DNA of 64,000 nt. Origin: Octopus sinensis. Taxonomy: Eukaryota. Below the pieces are notes generated by a model, which saw only the letters and a program-made list of their open reading frames with translations, made no database searches and had not been told where the DNA came from. The stretch spans positions 46,996,001 to 47,060,000 of the forward strand of contig NC_043002.1 of NCBI RefSeq assembly GCF_006345805.1, given 5' to 3'. Below, piece by piece: positions 1 to 12,973 of this stretch (positions are counted from its first letter, which is position 1; every line of letters begins with the position of its first letter). A program made the position numbers and the translations under genes.

Positions 1-2155
1 TGTAACTCCAATGTCAACAATTAACTAATACCATATATGGGTAGCTCCCTGCTCAACCAAAATGACAAACTGGCCACCCTGATGTTAGAAATGTCAGCTA
101 ACCAATTCCACAAACTGGTAATACCTGACAAGTAAGCCTCTCGACCAAACTATTGGTCGATAATGCCTAGTGTTTCACACAACAAATTGGTTATCATCAC
201 AGCTACAAATTGGCAACCAGATCGCTAAAAATGGTAGCCAACCACCTAACTTTTCAAGTTTTTATGCAACACACAGCAGCCAACTGTAATTATGTTACAG
301 ACAGTAAATCATTCACTGATACCTGTGTAAGGAAAAAATTTCTGCATATCACTTGCACAGTCTTCAGTAATAAGAACCCTATTCCTCATATTCATGTTTT
401 CTCAGTTTCTCTAGAAGGTTGTAACACCTTTTCAAAGATTAACTTAGTTCAACATATAATCAGAATCTGATAGAACTTGTTGATGTTCATAAAACTGCTG
501 TTACTTCACTCTTTGGACATTCAGAGGCATTACAAGAACCTTTTGTTTCTCTTTGCTTGTGCTTGGCATTTTAGCACCCATTCTGCATTCTTGAAGTCTC
601 TGAATGTGAACAGTTCATTTTATTTGCCTTCATTTTCAGTTGCTTGCCTTTCACTTTTGCATTTTGTATTTTAATTCTTTGCCTTGTTTGCTGTATTGTT
701 AGTTTGTGTTTTAAAATTTAGGCTTTATTCATGTACTCATGTACTTTTCTCTATCTCATGTATAATATTTTTGCATAACCATTTACCTGCTTGCCTTATT
801 CATGTTGACAGCACTTCTACCCTGCAATTTCATTGTCGATTATGGTGGCATGTTATAAAACCTAGGAGCATTGTTTTAATTTGCTACAGATACCTTTCTC
901 CATGGCACCTCATTCTAGATCTGCATTTGATTTCTGTGAGTACTTTCTATGATGTCTTTTCTGTGCCAGTTTTTATCCACCATTATGCATATATCACGCA
1001 GTTTTCTTTTATCCTATAATGATATTTACCACCCAATTTTAGAATGAATATTTCTATTTAAGTACATTTGACTTTCTCTGCACTTTTTGGTTTCAAAAAT
1101 GCATGCATTCTTCACATTTGCTTCTTTTTTTGTCTGCTTGTCTCTTGATAAACTTATTGACAGGAGAGCACTTGTAGCAAGTTGGCAGAGACAGACCTTA
1201 TCAGGTGATCTTGGTTTATATTACTGTCAATCATTGCTCTGGTACATTTGTGTGGTGGCAAGACTAATGGAAAATTCCATGCAGTTTTGTGCTAAATCAT
1301 AGGTAAAAGTTGAGATGTCCAAGAAGTACAACATAGAGGAGCCAGAGGGCTTGAGAGGCTTGTAGAGTTCTTTTTGCCTCTCTTTTTGTGTAAAAAGACC
1401 AACTCTTACCAAGCACTAAAACTAAACATTTTCTCCTCTCACACACTAGCTGTAAGTATTCGGCATAACAGCTTAACATAACTATTAACTATTGTAACCT
1501 CAGTCTGTCAATAAACATGTTACTAAAATCTAGATATTGTAATTGATTTTATTTGGGAGCAAGATGCAGCCAGACCAAACAATCCAGATCCCAGCTAATC
1601 ATGCCTGCAGTATTATAGCTAAGTTGGATTTATTTTATTACTGACAATACCTGGTTTTCGGATATAAATTCCCTGTAACCAAATAAATATTAAGAAAAGT
1701 GTAATTATTAATGGTTTAGCATTGATACCAGGATTGAGTAGGGCTTGATAAATCATGGATGTTAATAAATAACAGACATTATTGATAGCTGATACATATT
1801 TAGAAATAATAGATATTATTGATAGACAATGTGATAGATAATGGATGTTTACAAAAAATGTTAATAAATAATACCTCATCATCATCATCATTGCCACCAC
1901 CACCACCACCACCACCATCATCATCATCATATTCTTTGTTCATATCTTCATGCCTGCATGGAGCAGACAGAATGCTTGGATGCAGATTTTTTACAGCCAG
2001 ATACCGTTCCTTTGGCAAACTTTCATGTTTCCTAGCAAAGTAGAATTTCTACTCATGGCTAGATATGTTTTTACTGAACATTGGAAATGGCATTCTTGTC
2101 TGATGGCAAGGGTCATTTACAACTATTGTACAATATCAAGACAAGGATACACACA

Positions 2156-2220
<65 letters not shown>

Positions 2221-3539
2221 ATACATATTTATTGATGCGTGTGTGTATATATACACACACACATGTATATATGTATTTGTGTATATGTATATATCATCAT
2301 CATCATCATTTTAAAGTCCATTTTTCTTTACCTGCATAGCCTTTCCTATCAACAACCCTCACCTGTTTCAAAGTAAGATGATATTTCCCCATGGCTAAAT
2401 ATGCTCTCACAGAATACTGGAAATGAGTGATACTGCTTGTATGATATTAACAATCATTTTACAATTATTATGTGATGTCAATACAAGAAGACACAAACAT
2501 GCACACACACACACACACACACACATGATGGGCTTCTTTCAGTTTCCGTCTACCAAATCCACTCATAAGGCTTTGGTCGGCCTGAGGCTATAGTAGAAGA
2601 CACTTGCCCAAGTTGCCACACAGTGGAACTGAACCCGGGACCATGTGGTTCATAAGCAATCTCCTTACCACATAGCCACTCCTACACCTATTATGAAAGC
2701 AAAATGTAAGAGCCTTATATATATTTCATAAAATGGCACCACACACAACAACAACAACAACAATGACATCATCATCATCAGTGTTTTTACATTCTTGCTT
2801 GGCTGGGGATAGAGTTTATTAAGGCAGTTTTTTTTATGACCAGATGCCCTACCTATAATAAACCTCAGTTGTTTCCTAGTAAGATAATATTTCCCTTGGC
2901 CAGACTTGTTTTTGCAGAATATTGAAAATGAATGACACTACTTGTATGATACTGACATTTGTTTACAACTATTGTGCAATGGCAAGATAAGGAAACACAA
3001 ACATATGCACTCTCACACTCACACCCACAAAAATACAAAATAAAAACAAATATAGATAGTATTAAGTTGACACTCAGGAAACGAGGGGAAAAAAAGAAAA
3101 TATCTTTTATGTTTCGAGTGTTCACTCTTCTTTCGAAAGAAAGGATAGTCAAGGAGAGAGAAGAATGGAGAAGGTAAAGTGGAGAAATCGAAATACATGT
3201 GTATCCAACTGTTACAGTATGCTTACAATGGACTTCTTTCAGTTTTGGTCTACCAAATCCATTCACAAGGCTTTGGTTGGCCCAGAGCTTCAGTAGAAGA
3301 CACTTGTGCAAGACGCCATGTAATGGGACTGAACCTGAGACCATGTGGTTGGGAAGCAAACTTCTTAAGCACACAACCATAGCAAGTAATTATTTAATAA
3401 ACCTGCAAACAAAAGAAAGAAACAAGCAAACAAAAACAAATAAATAATAGTAGATGCAAAATTAAAAATGCTTTCCTAATTAGTTTAAGATTGTCATAGA
3501 AGTATGTCTAGCAATTGGTTAAAATTTGTACTACTAGTA

Positions 3540-3756
3540 CGAGGATGTGCTGAAAAGTTCCTGGCTTGGGGTAAAAGAAAATACAAGAGGATCAGTTAAT
3601 TATGACTTCATTCAAGATATTCCCCTCTCACATTCACACATGTATTGCAGCAGCCCTTCAGTTTTTGTAAGCCCTGTAAAAGAACTCAGAAGGGTTGGCC
3701 TCCTACCAGGCCTTTTGCAACACCCTTAAAGCCTGGAACTTTTCAGCACCCTCTCT
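3540..3756. mobile_element. Mariner-derived MITE
   Basis: Imperfect TIRs: TA-CGAGGATGTGCTGAAAAGTTCCTGGCTT at left, AAAGCCTGGAACTTTTCAGCACCCTCTC-TTA at right; ~220 bp, no transposase. Confidence 0.7.
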
Positions 3757-5400
3757 TACAATTAGCAACATACATCATAGTATAAACTCAAAAAGTTTTC
3801 CAGCTTATAGCTGTTAGAAAACTGCCTTGCTCTTTGTAGTTTTGTTGCTGTAAATCCTTGTAAAATAAACATAGAGCATTTGAGAGAGGAAAATTGTATA
3901 TCTGAAATTATATTTTTTTCATTTACCATACAACATTAGTAAATGTTGTAGTAAAATAACCAAATTCATTTATCAAATATACACCCATAGTGTGTGTGTC
4001 TGTGTGTATGTTGGTGGGTATTTCGGTGTAAATATATATAAACTAGTATACATCAAATATACATATTTATATAACCTGTATAGTTTTACTATATCCAAAA
4101 CATTCCGTTTCTTATATACAATACATGTATTTAGTTCTACAAAAACTAAACATCAAATATACAATCAGATTTTTGTATGCATGCCCGAATACGAAATGTA
4201 TATGTGTGTGCATGTATGTGAGTGTGTGTGTTCTTCATGCATATGTTGTATATATGCTTATATACATAAATCAATAGAATAGAGTTTATACACTAAATGA
4301 TTATTTATGCTTGCATGTCTTATGAGGAAATTTATATATTCCACAGTGTGTTATATTGATTTTCTGTGATGTTATAAATAACTATATGGCTTTCTCTGAT
4401 AAGAGATGAGTGTATAATATCTTTTGTCATATAACTTGTCATAAGATAGATCAGAAAGGAATAGACAAAGTACATTAGTCCATTTGTTCTATCTGGATAT
4501 CTGGATATTAGTTGCTACACCCATTTTCATATTAATTAGTTACTGTTTAAAAGATGCATGTTTACAAGTTTCATAGCTTATTGAAACAATTATTTAGTGG
4601 AAGTCATTTTAACTGGAGTCACTGCCCAAACAAGTGCATCTCTGAAAAGCTATTGTAACAAAGCAAAAATTGGATAGGATTGGTACATTTAACTAATGTA
4701 GATCAAGACATAACAATTTATTGAAGCAACATAATTGAAAATTGTAGTTTGTAAATATATATAGGCGTAGGAGTGGCTGTGTGGTAAGTAGCTTGCTTAT
4801 GAACCACATGGTTCTGGGTTCAGTTCCACTGCATGGCACCTTTATATAAGATCAGTAGGTTGCGCACATATGGTTATGATACATGTGTCTGGTGTACCCT
4901 TATCAGACAGGTAGTCATGATGGGTATATTGGGCTTCCTATATTTGTACTTCAGTGTCACTTTGATGGCATGCACTGCTCTCTCACTCAATAATAATAAT
5001 AAAAATAATAATAATGAGAAGTACATGGAACAAATAGGAGCTGCAATAAGGGTTGAGCACTTGTAGAAAAGAGCACTGATTGGGACTGCTTGAATTCTCT
5101 GGATGGTGCTCAAAAAATAAGGGGTGGTACCTTAGTTCACTGGTAGTGAACAGCTGACACCATAGTACATCACTGGCATTAGAAGCTGTGCAAAGACAAT
5201 AATAATAATAATGATAATAATAATCCTTCTTACAATAGGCACAAGGCCTGAAATAGTCGATTACATTGACCCCAGTACTCAACTGGTACTTAATTTATTG
5301 ACTCTGAAAGGATGAAAGGTAAAACTGACCTAAGCAGAATTTGAACACAGAACATAGCAGCAGACGAAATACTACTAAGCCTTTCACCCGGCATGCTAAT

Positions 5401-5850
5401 GGGCTACAGCAAATATTCTGCTCAATACCACAAATTTGCTTGTCAGTTGCTTGACTTTAACCTGTTGAGCATGTCCCTTAGTGGGCAAACAATATGTGCA
5501 TTGCTGATCATGAGCAGAAGTAGTGGAGAAGCATCATAACCATGTGTTGAGAGGAATTCTTTGGGGTTTGAATAATTCACCTCTAGAAACATGGGTGTTT
5601 TGTTCATCATCCTTAAAACAAACCTTATTCAGGGACCTTTTGAGCAGGATGGGCAATTCGACTGGGCCCAACCGGCAAGGTCATGTGCAGTTTATCTTAA
5701 TATGAAATCACCATGTCGCAGACATATGGTTATGATGCATGTGCCTGATGTACCCTTATCAGACAGGTAGTCATGATGAGTATCTTAGGATTCGTATATT
5801 TGTACCCCAGTGTCATCTTGATGGCATGCACTGCTCTCTCACTCAATAAT
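5401..5850. mobile_element. Interspersed repeat (SINE-like family C), ending in (AAT)n
   Basis: Homologous copies at 4860-5000 (same strand, partial) and 50735-51090 (opposite strand). Confidence 0.65.
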
Positions 5851-6019
5851 AATAATGATAATACTTTCTACTATAGGCACAAGGCTTGAAATTATATTGA
5901 CCTCAGAAGGATGAAAGGCAAAGTCGACCTTGGCATAATTTGAACTCAGAACACAAAGCTGGAAGGAATGCAGCTAAATATTTGTTTGGTATGGTGATGA
6001 TTCAGCAAGTTTGCTGACT

Positions 6020-6108
6020 TCACTGTGGTAGCCAGTGTTCACTTTCTGAAATGGCTTTCACCATCTGTTTAATATGGCTCTTTATAAAACTGCTTTCAGA
6101 TATTGGAT
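6020..6108 (-). CDS. Terminal coding exon of an unidentified gene: (D)PISESSFIKSHIKQMVKAISESEHWLPQ*
   Basis: Acceptor TTTTTATGGTAG at 6109-6110; phase-1 start matches the phase-1 end of exon 10241-10292; open to TGA at 6020-6022. Confidence 0.6.
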
Positions 6109-6609
6109 CTACCATAAAAAATCTAACTACAACTTGAAAAGGAGATATTGAAAAATTATGACAAACTCTCCATTGTTGGAAATAATCTTACACTTATCAT
6201 TTTACTGTATCCTACACTTGTCTTACAGATAAAATACTTTAAAAATCTTTATATGAAAGTATATCCAATCCTGCATCATGTCTTTTTAGCCAATGGAAAT
6301 AAGTGCAAATATGTACAATTATCCTGAATTATCCTTCAATTTGCACAAAGTTATTTAAGTATACTAAATTGCCTGGTTTAACTGTTGTAAATAAAGATGT
6401 AGGGATGGCTGAGCCAGTTAGACGTTCATTTCATAACCATGTGATTTCCGAGTCAGTCCTGTTGTATGGCGTCTTTGGCAAGTGTTTTTTCCTGTAACCC
6501 AAGCTAATTAAGCTTTGTAAGAGGATTTGGTAGATGGAAACTGAAAGGAGACTAATACAGTTCTATATTTAAGAGATGAGTCATCAGGCTCCTCCTATAT
6601 ATCATAGTC

Positions 6610-7345
6610 CTCCAGGCAATAACAGAGGAATTCAAGACAGGATGCCCCAGGGAGCTCCCCTATGCTGACGACTTTGCTCTAATTGCTGAGTAACTAGCAG
6701 AACTAGAGGAGAAGTTTCAGGTGTGGAAACAAGGATAAGAATTGAAGGGCCTTAGAGTCAACCTAGCTAAAACCAAAGTCCTAATAAATAGAAAGCAGAC
6801 AGACCACAAATCCCTTCATGTAGATGGCCCTGCTCGATCTGTAGAAAAGGCATAGGTACAAACTCTATAAGATGTACCCAGTGTAAGCTATGGACACATA
6901 AGAAGTGCAGCAATATCAAAAGCAGGCTAACTGGGAAGATAATTTTTCTATGTGGCAGATGCTCAGGAGCAATAAACACTGAAAATGTGCAGAGAACAAC
7001 TTCTGCCATATTTCAGGGAGAAAAACTAGAAGTAGTTGATAGTTTTCATTACCCAGGTGACCAAGTCAGTAGTGGGGGTTGGGGGTGCTCTGAAAGTGTA
7101 GCTGCTAGAATAAGAATAGCCTGGGAAAAGTTCAGAGAGCTTTTACCTCTGCTGGTTCCAAAGCGCCTCTTGTTCAGAGTAAAAGGTAGACTGTATGACA
7201 CATGTGCATGAACAGCCATGCTACATGGCAGTGAAACATGGGCTATAACTGCTGAGGAATGAAGCTTGCAAGGAATGAAGCCAGTATGCTCCGATGGATG
7301 TGTAACGTCAGTGTGCATACTTGACAGAGTGTAAGTAGCTTGAGA
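6610..7345 (+). mobile_element. Decayed RTE-like LINE fragment (reverse transcriptase C-terminal half)
   Basis: Frameshifted translation gives LYADDFALIAE..EEKFQVWKQG..KGLRVNLAKTKVL, a CxxC..CxxC region, and GEKLEVVDSFHY..IRIAWEKFRELLPLL. Confidence 0.85.
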
Positions 7346-7461
7346 GAAAAGTTGTGGTCTCTTTTGCTGAACCACTAAGTTACGGGGATGTAAACACACC
7401 AGCATCAGTTGTCAAGCGATGGTGGTGGGGATAAACACAGACATACAAACACATACATATG

Positions 7462-7502
<41 letters not shown>

Positions 7503-8357
7503 TATACCCTTACTTATTTGCGGTTCAGCATTTGTAGTCCCGGTTGTTTGCAGAATCGTAAATATTGACTGATTTTTTATGGCTTTTTCTGTGGCAATAT
7601 ATACATTTTCACACTTTTTAAGACTAAATTATTAATTACAATATACTGTTTTTGCCAGCTTACTGGACGCCCCTTCACAGTTGAAGCTCCCTCTGATTAG
7701 AATAGTGACGCATCACATTGCTTGATTGTTTTAGATACCAGTGCCCTATATCTTGTATCTCGCATTCCTGCTTTCAGTCAAAGCTTGTTTATTTCAACAG
7801 GATAATTTTTAAGGTTGTGAGCCAATATAGCCTCATTAAAATTAAGTTACTGGCTGGTCCCCCCGCTCTCTCTCTCTCATTATTATACTACAGGTTACTG
7901 TATCTCGAGGTAATACAAAGTAAATTCTTCAAAACCATGATTATTTTTAATCTCTGTAATCTCTACAGCCAGATACCATTCCTTTGGCCAACTTTCATGT
8001 TTTCTAGCAAAGTAGTATTTCCCTCATGGCTAGATATGTTTTTACATTGGAAATGGCATTCTTGTCTGATGGCAAGGGTCATTTACAACTATTGTACAAT
8101 ATCAAGACAAAGATACACACACTTACACACACACACATACATACATACACACACACACACATTTATTGATTTATTGATGAGAGAAAAGAGTAATATATAT
8201 ATGTATATGTATATATATATATATGTATATACATACATATATTTGTATATATATATATACATGTATGTATGTATGTATGTATGTATGTGGTGCTATTAAG
8301 TTAGACATGGCCTGGGCCAATAATGGCCGAAACCTATCAAAGTATCAAAGTATCAAA

Positions 8358-8394
<37 letters not shown>

Positions 8395-8397
<3 letters not shown>

Positions 8398-8496
8398 TGC
8401 TTCGGCAGTACATATACTAAAATTGGAACGATACAGAAAGATTAGCATGGCCCCTGTGCAAGGATGACATGCAAATTCGTGAAGCGTTCCATATTT
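8395..8496 (+). pseudogene. U6: U6 snRNA copy 1 (probable retropseudogene)
   Basis: Near full-length match to U6 (TACTGCTTCGGCAGTACATATACTAAAATTGGAACGATACAGA-AAGATTAGCATGGCCCCTG...GAAGCGTTCCATATTT). One G is missing from the ACAGAGA box, there are two CpG>TpG changes, and upstream is (TA)n rather than a promoter. Confidence 0.9.
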
Positions 8497-8580
8497 ATTA
8501 AATGGCGATGCCCCAGCATGGCCACAGCTCGTGAGCTGAAACTAGATAGAATAAAATAAAAATAAAAATATATACAAATA

Positions 8581-8995
8581 GGCGCAGGAGTGGCTGTGTG
8601 GTAAGTAGCTTGCTAACCAACCACATGGTTCTGGGTTCGGTCCCACTGCGCGGCATCTTGGGCAAGTGTCTTCTGCTATAGCCCTGGGCCGACCAATGCC
8701 TTGTGAGTGGATTTGGTAGATGGAAACTGAAAGAAGCTCGTCGTATATATGTATATATATATGTATGTGTGTGTGTGTTTGTGTGTCTGTGTTTGTCCCC
8801 CTAGCATTGCTTGACAACCGATGCTGGTGTGTTTACGTCCCCGTCACTTAGCGGTTCGGCAAAAGACACCGATAGAATAAGTACTGGGCTTACAAAAGAA
8901 TAAGTCCCGGGGTCGAGTTGCTCGACTAAAGGCGGTGCTCCAGCATGGCCGCAGTCAAATGACTGAAACAAGTAAAAGAGTAAAGAGTAAAGAGT
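8581..8995 (+). mobile_element. tRNA-derived SINE family A, full length
   Basis: GGCGCAGGAGTGGCTGTGTGGTAAG head with A/B-box-like motifs (GGTTCGGTCCC), internal TA/TG microsatellite, GTAAAGA-repeat tail; many copies in the window. Confidence 0.85.
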
Positions 8996-9023
8996 ATACA
9001 TATATATACATATATATACATAC

Positions 9024-9058
<35 letters not shown>

Positions 9059-9081
9059 CACATACACACACGCACCCATGC

Positions 9082-9110
<29 letters not shown>

Positions 9111-9112
<2 letters not shown>

Positions 9113-9212
9113 CTGCTTCGGCAGTACATATACTAAAATTGGAACGATACAGAAAGATTAGCATGGCCCCTGTGCAAGGATGACATGCAAATTCGTGAAG
9201 CGTTCCATATTT
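9111..9212 (+). pseudogene. U6: U6 snRNA copy 2 (tandem duplicate of copy 1)
   Basis: Same sequence as 8395-8496 at offset 716, with the same lesions. Confidence 0.9.
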
Positions 9213-9296
9213 ATTAAATGGCGATGCCCCAGCATGGCCACAGCTCGTGAGCTGAAACTAGATAGAATAAAATAAAAATAAAAATATATACAAATA

Positions 9297-9711
9297 GGCG
9301 CAGGAGTGGCTGTGTGGTAAGTAGCTTGCTAACCAACCACATGGTTCTGGGTTCGGTCCCACTGCGCGGCATCTTGGGCAAGTGTCTTCTGCTATAGCCC
9401 TGGGCCGACCAATGCCTTGTGAGTGGATTTGGTAGATGGAAACTGAAAGAAGCTCGTCGTATATATGTATATATATATGTATGTGTGTGTGTGTTTGTGT
9501 GTCTGTGTTTGTCCCCCTAGCATTGCTTGACAACCGATGCTGGTGTGTTTACGTCCCCGTCACTTAGCGGTTCGGCAAAAGACACCGATAGAATAAGTAC
9601 TGGGCTTACAAAAGAATAAGTCCCGGGGTCGAGTTGCTCGACTAAAGGCGGTGCTCCAGCATGGCCGCAGTCAAATGACTGAAACAAGTAAAAGAGTAAA
9701 GAGTAAAGAGT
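9297..9711 (+). mobile_element. SINE family A, part of the 716-bp tandem duplication
   Basis: Duplicate of 8581-8995. Confidence 0.85.
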
Positions 9712-10240
9712 ATACATATATATACATATATATACATACATATATATATATACATATATATATATACACATACACACACGCACCCATGCACATACATACA
9801 TATATATATATATATACAAGGTGCCACACAGTGGGACTGAACCCAGAGCCATGTGGCTTGGAAGTAAGCTTCTTACCACACAACCACTCCTTTCTTTGTT
9901 TTTAAATTTGCACTGAGGTTTTGATGTATTTCATTTGGAAGTGTAGTATGAGTATGCTTATATGGCTGTATGTTTTATTGTGTGTATGTGTGTGTATTTG
10001 AGTGGGAAGGAAGGAGTAGTGGTCATAGTGTGTTTGTTTGTGTGTGTGTGTGTGCAGGTGCCTCTGTAAGTTAATATAGTTAATGATGTGTGTGGGTGAA
10101 TGTGAGTTTGTCTGTATGTGTGAGTGTCTATCTGTTTGGAATGTAGTAGGGCTGGAAGGGGTGGCTAATAGGATAATGATGGAAATGAGTAATTAATTGA
10201 AAAGAGATCCATTAAAATGCATACATGCTGATAGCTGCAC

Positions 10241-10292
10241 CTGTTTTATAGCCCACATAAGTGCTGTTGTGTACTTGTATTTTATGTGTTTC
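10241..10292 (-). CDS. Internal exon of the unidentified gene: ETHKIQVHNSTYVGYKT
   Basis: Acceptor TATGTACAG, donor GTGCAG; 52 nt, phase 0 to phase 1, fits both neighbouring exons. Confidence 0.6.
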
Positions 10293-10357
10293 CTGTACAT
10301 ATAAGAATTCCTAGCCAATTATTTTAAACGTGCGCACACATACACACACTTCTGTAT

Positions 10358-10797
10358 ATTCTTTTATTCTTTTACTTGTTTCAGTCATTTGACTGTGGCT
10401 GTGCTGGAGCATCACTTGAAAGGGTTTTAGTAAAAGAAATTGGCCCCAGGACTTATTCATTGTAAGCCGAGTACTTATTCTATCACTTGTCTTTGCCAAA
10501 CTGTGAAGTTACTGGGACATAAACACACCAACATTAGTTGTCAAGTGATGGCAGGAGGGGACAAACAGACACAGACACACACACACACACAGACACACAC
10601 ACGCACACACATACACACATATATACATACATATACCTATATACATACGATGAGCTTTTTCCAGTTTCTGTTTACCAGATCCACTCACAAGGCTTTGGAT
10701 GGCCTGAGACACTTGCCCAAGGTGCCATGCAGTGAGACTGAACCTGGACCTATGTGTTTTGGAAGTAAGCTTCTTACCACACAGCTCTGACTGTACC
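10358..10797 (-). mobile_element. SINE family A, diverged copy
   Basis: Reverse complement of the family A consensus. Confidence 0.8.
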
Positions 10798-11134
10798 CAT
10801 ATATGAATTGTGTCCATGCCTGAGTGTTCATTACTTACTTTGGCTCTTCACTCTCTATGCGGCATAGACCATCAATGACCTTTCTCTGTTGTTCTTCACT
10901 CTGGGTTATCTTTTCTGCTTCCTCTCCCAGATCTTGTTGATTTTGAATTATCATCAAGGCTTCTGTAACAGAAGTTTTCTAGGTAGGGGTGTTGGTCTGA
11001 TGCAAACCATTTTTTATCTCTGGGAAGAGCTGGTCCGTATGTCTGGTTTCTATCCTTTGACCTGTCTGGCATGGGATGTCCTACTAGGAGCTTGTTCTCC
11101 ATTGGCATACAATGTACCAAAAAGTTCTCAGACT

Positions 11135-11780
11135 AGTTATGTTTAATAAAAAATATCTTATTTACTAAAGTTTTAACATCATCTTCTTTGGAATAGTCAC
11201 CTGATGCAGCAATACACTGGTCCTGGCATTCCTGCCACTTTTGGAATCCAGCGTGGAAGTTGTTTTCTGTAAATGAGCTGAGAACCTTCTGTAATTCACT
11301 CTTGATCTCAAAAAAGGTGTTAAAACAGTGACTTTTGAGCTGCATTTTCATCTTGGGAAAGAGATAGAAGTCTGTTGGTGCTAAATTGGGTGAATAGGGT
11401 GGGTGCAGAAGTGATACCATGTCGTTTTTAGCGAGAAACTCATGAGTTTCAGTGACAGGGTGCATTGTCATTATGAAGATCCAATTTTTCATGCTCCATA
11501 GATCCAGTTGCTTTTGTTGAATGTCCCCACTCAAATGCTTCAAAACATTGCAGTAGAACTCTTGTTTGATGGTCTGGCTCTGGAGGATGAATTCTCAATG
11601 CACAATATAAGTGTAGGAGTGGCTGTGTGGTAAGTAGCTTGCTTACCAACCACATGATTCCGGGTTCAGTCCCACTGCGTGGCACCTTGGGCAAGTGTCT
11701 TCTACTATAGCCTTGGGCCGACCAAAGCCTTTTGAGTGGATTTGGTAGATGGAAACTGAAAGAAGTCCGTCGTATATATT

Positions 11781-11813
<33 letters not shown>

Positions 11814-12425
11814 TTGTCACCCCAACATCGCTTGATAACCAATGCTGGTGTGTTTGCATCCCCGTAACTTAGCTGTTTGGCAAAAGAGACCAATAAAATA
11901 ATTACTAAGCTTACAAAGAATAAGTCCTGGGGTTGATTTGCTCGACTAAAGGTGGTGCTCCAGCATACTGCAGTCAAATGACTGAAACAAGTAAAAGAGT
12001 AGAAAAGTAAATACTACATTTTTGGGGGTGACACCTGTGGCAGTTCTTCCAGGTTATTTACTGCCTTCCAGGGACACTCTTCTGCTTTTCAAGCAACTGT
12101 GCCACTCAAAACATTGTGTACAACCCATTGCCACATCACTGTAAGCTTATTGAAGCATGTTCAAAGTCTCTGTAGCAGACTTCGCAAGTTTATTGCAAAA
12201 TTTCATGTTGGCTCTTTGTTCCTGTCCAAGACAAAATCACAGACTACAGCATACACGTGATCACAAAAACACAAATTTCACAACTTGCAAACTAAACACA
12301 GTGATGTCACTTAGCACACTGGATTATGAAGGTCATTGCTGGCTGTCACTGCACGTGCAGCTGTGTGCTATCATCTCTTGGTGCACTACAGAACTAGTCC
12401 AGGAAATTTTTGATACCACTTTGTA
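11135..12425 (-). mobile_element. Decayed mariner element interrupted by a SINE
   Basis: HPPYSPNLAPTDFYLFPKMK and DNAP motifs; TIR-like end ...GGAAATTTTTGATACCACTTTGTA at ~12425. Confidence 0.75.
11611..12000 (+). mobile_element. SINE family A inserted into the mariner remnant
   Basis: Full family A head-to-tail match. Confidence 0.85.
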
Positions 12426-12848
12426 AATATCTCTGCCACTGAGGCACACAAACCATCATACCACAACAAAGACTGGACACTGTAGTGGTTGATTATATAT
12501 TATTATACAAATATGGGTACTTATAAGTTTTCTTGCATATTTGCATGTATATGTGTCTACATGTATGTATCATCTACTTTCTCATATATACACTTGTGTA
12601 TATATGCATGTATGTATATATTTGTGCATAAATTTATCTCTAGGCACACTTATTTCTTCATGAAGTTATTCAAGTTCCCATTTATTTGTGTCTATTGTTT
12701 TGTTTTCATTTGAACCTCAAAACTAGAATTTAAATGTCAGAATTCATGAGGGATGGACAAGGTCTTTTTTATGCTTGCATGTCTTTGATGAGAAAAAAAC
12801 GAGACAAGATTTTGGCAGCTAGAAGCACTTCATGTTGTCAACCTTTAC

Positions 12849-12973
12849 CTGTTTTTCAAATAAAGGATTTTTATTCCAGGGTAATTCAGAAGCATAAACC
12901 TTGTGGATGATTTGTTGATAAGAAATGTCAACAAACATCACCAGTTGTATTGCACCCAAGAACGGTAACATCA
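12849..12973 (-). CDS. Internal exon of the unidentified gene: MLPFLGAIQLVMFVDISYQQIIHKVYASELPWNKNPLFEKQ
   Basis: Acceptor CTCTTGACAG, donor GTAAAG; 125 nt, only one open frame (phase 1 to phase 0). Confidence 0.65.

Noticed and set aside
889-934. + strand exon-like segment (TTTGCTACAG|IPFSMAPHSRSAFDF|GTGAGT) with AATAAA near 1510
   Set aside because: Good splice signals, but no in-frame partner exons or recognisable protein; could be the end of an upstream gene, not supportable.
8395-9212. Functional U6 genes, or a Dada-U6 target site
   Set aside because: Damaged ACAGAGA box, CpG decay and no recognisable upstream promoter; the U6 body is not interrupted by an insertion.
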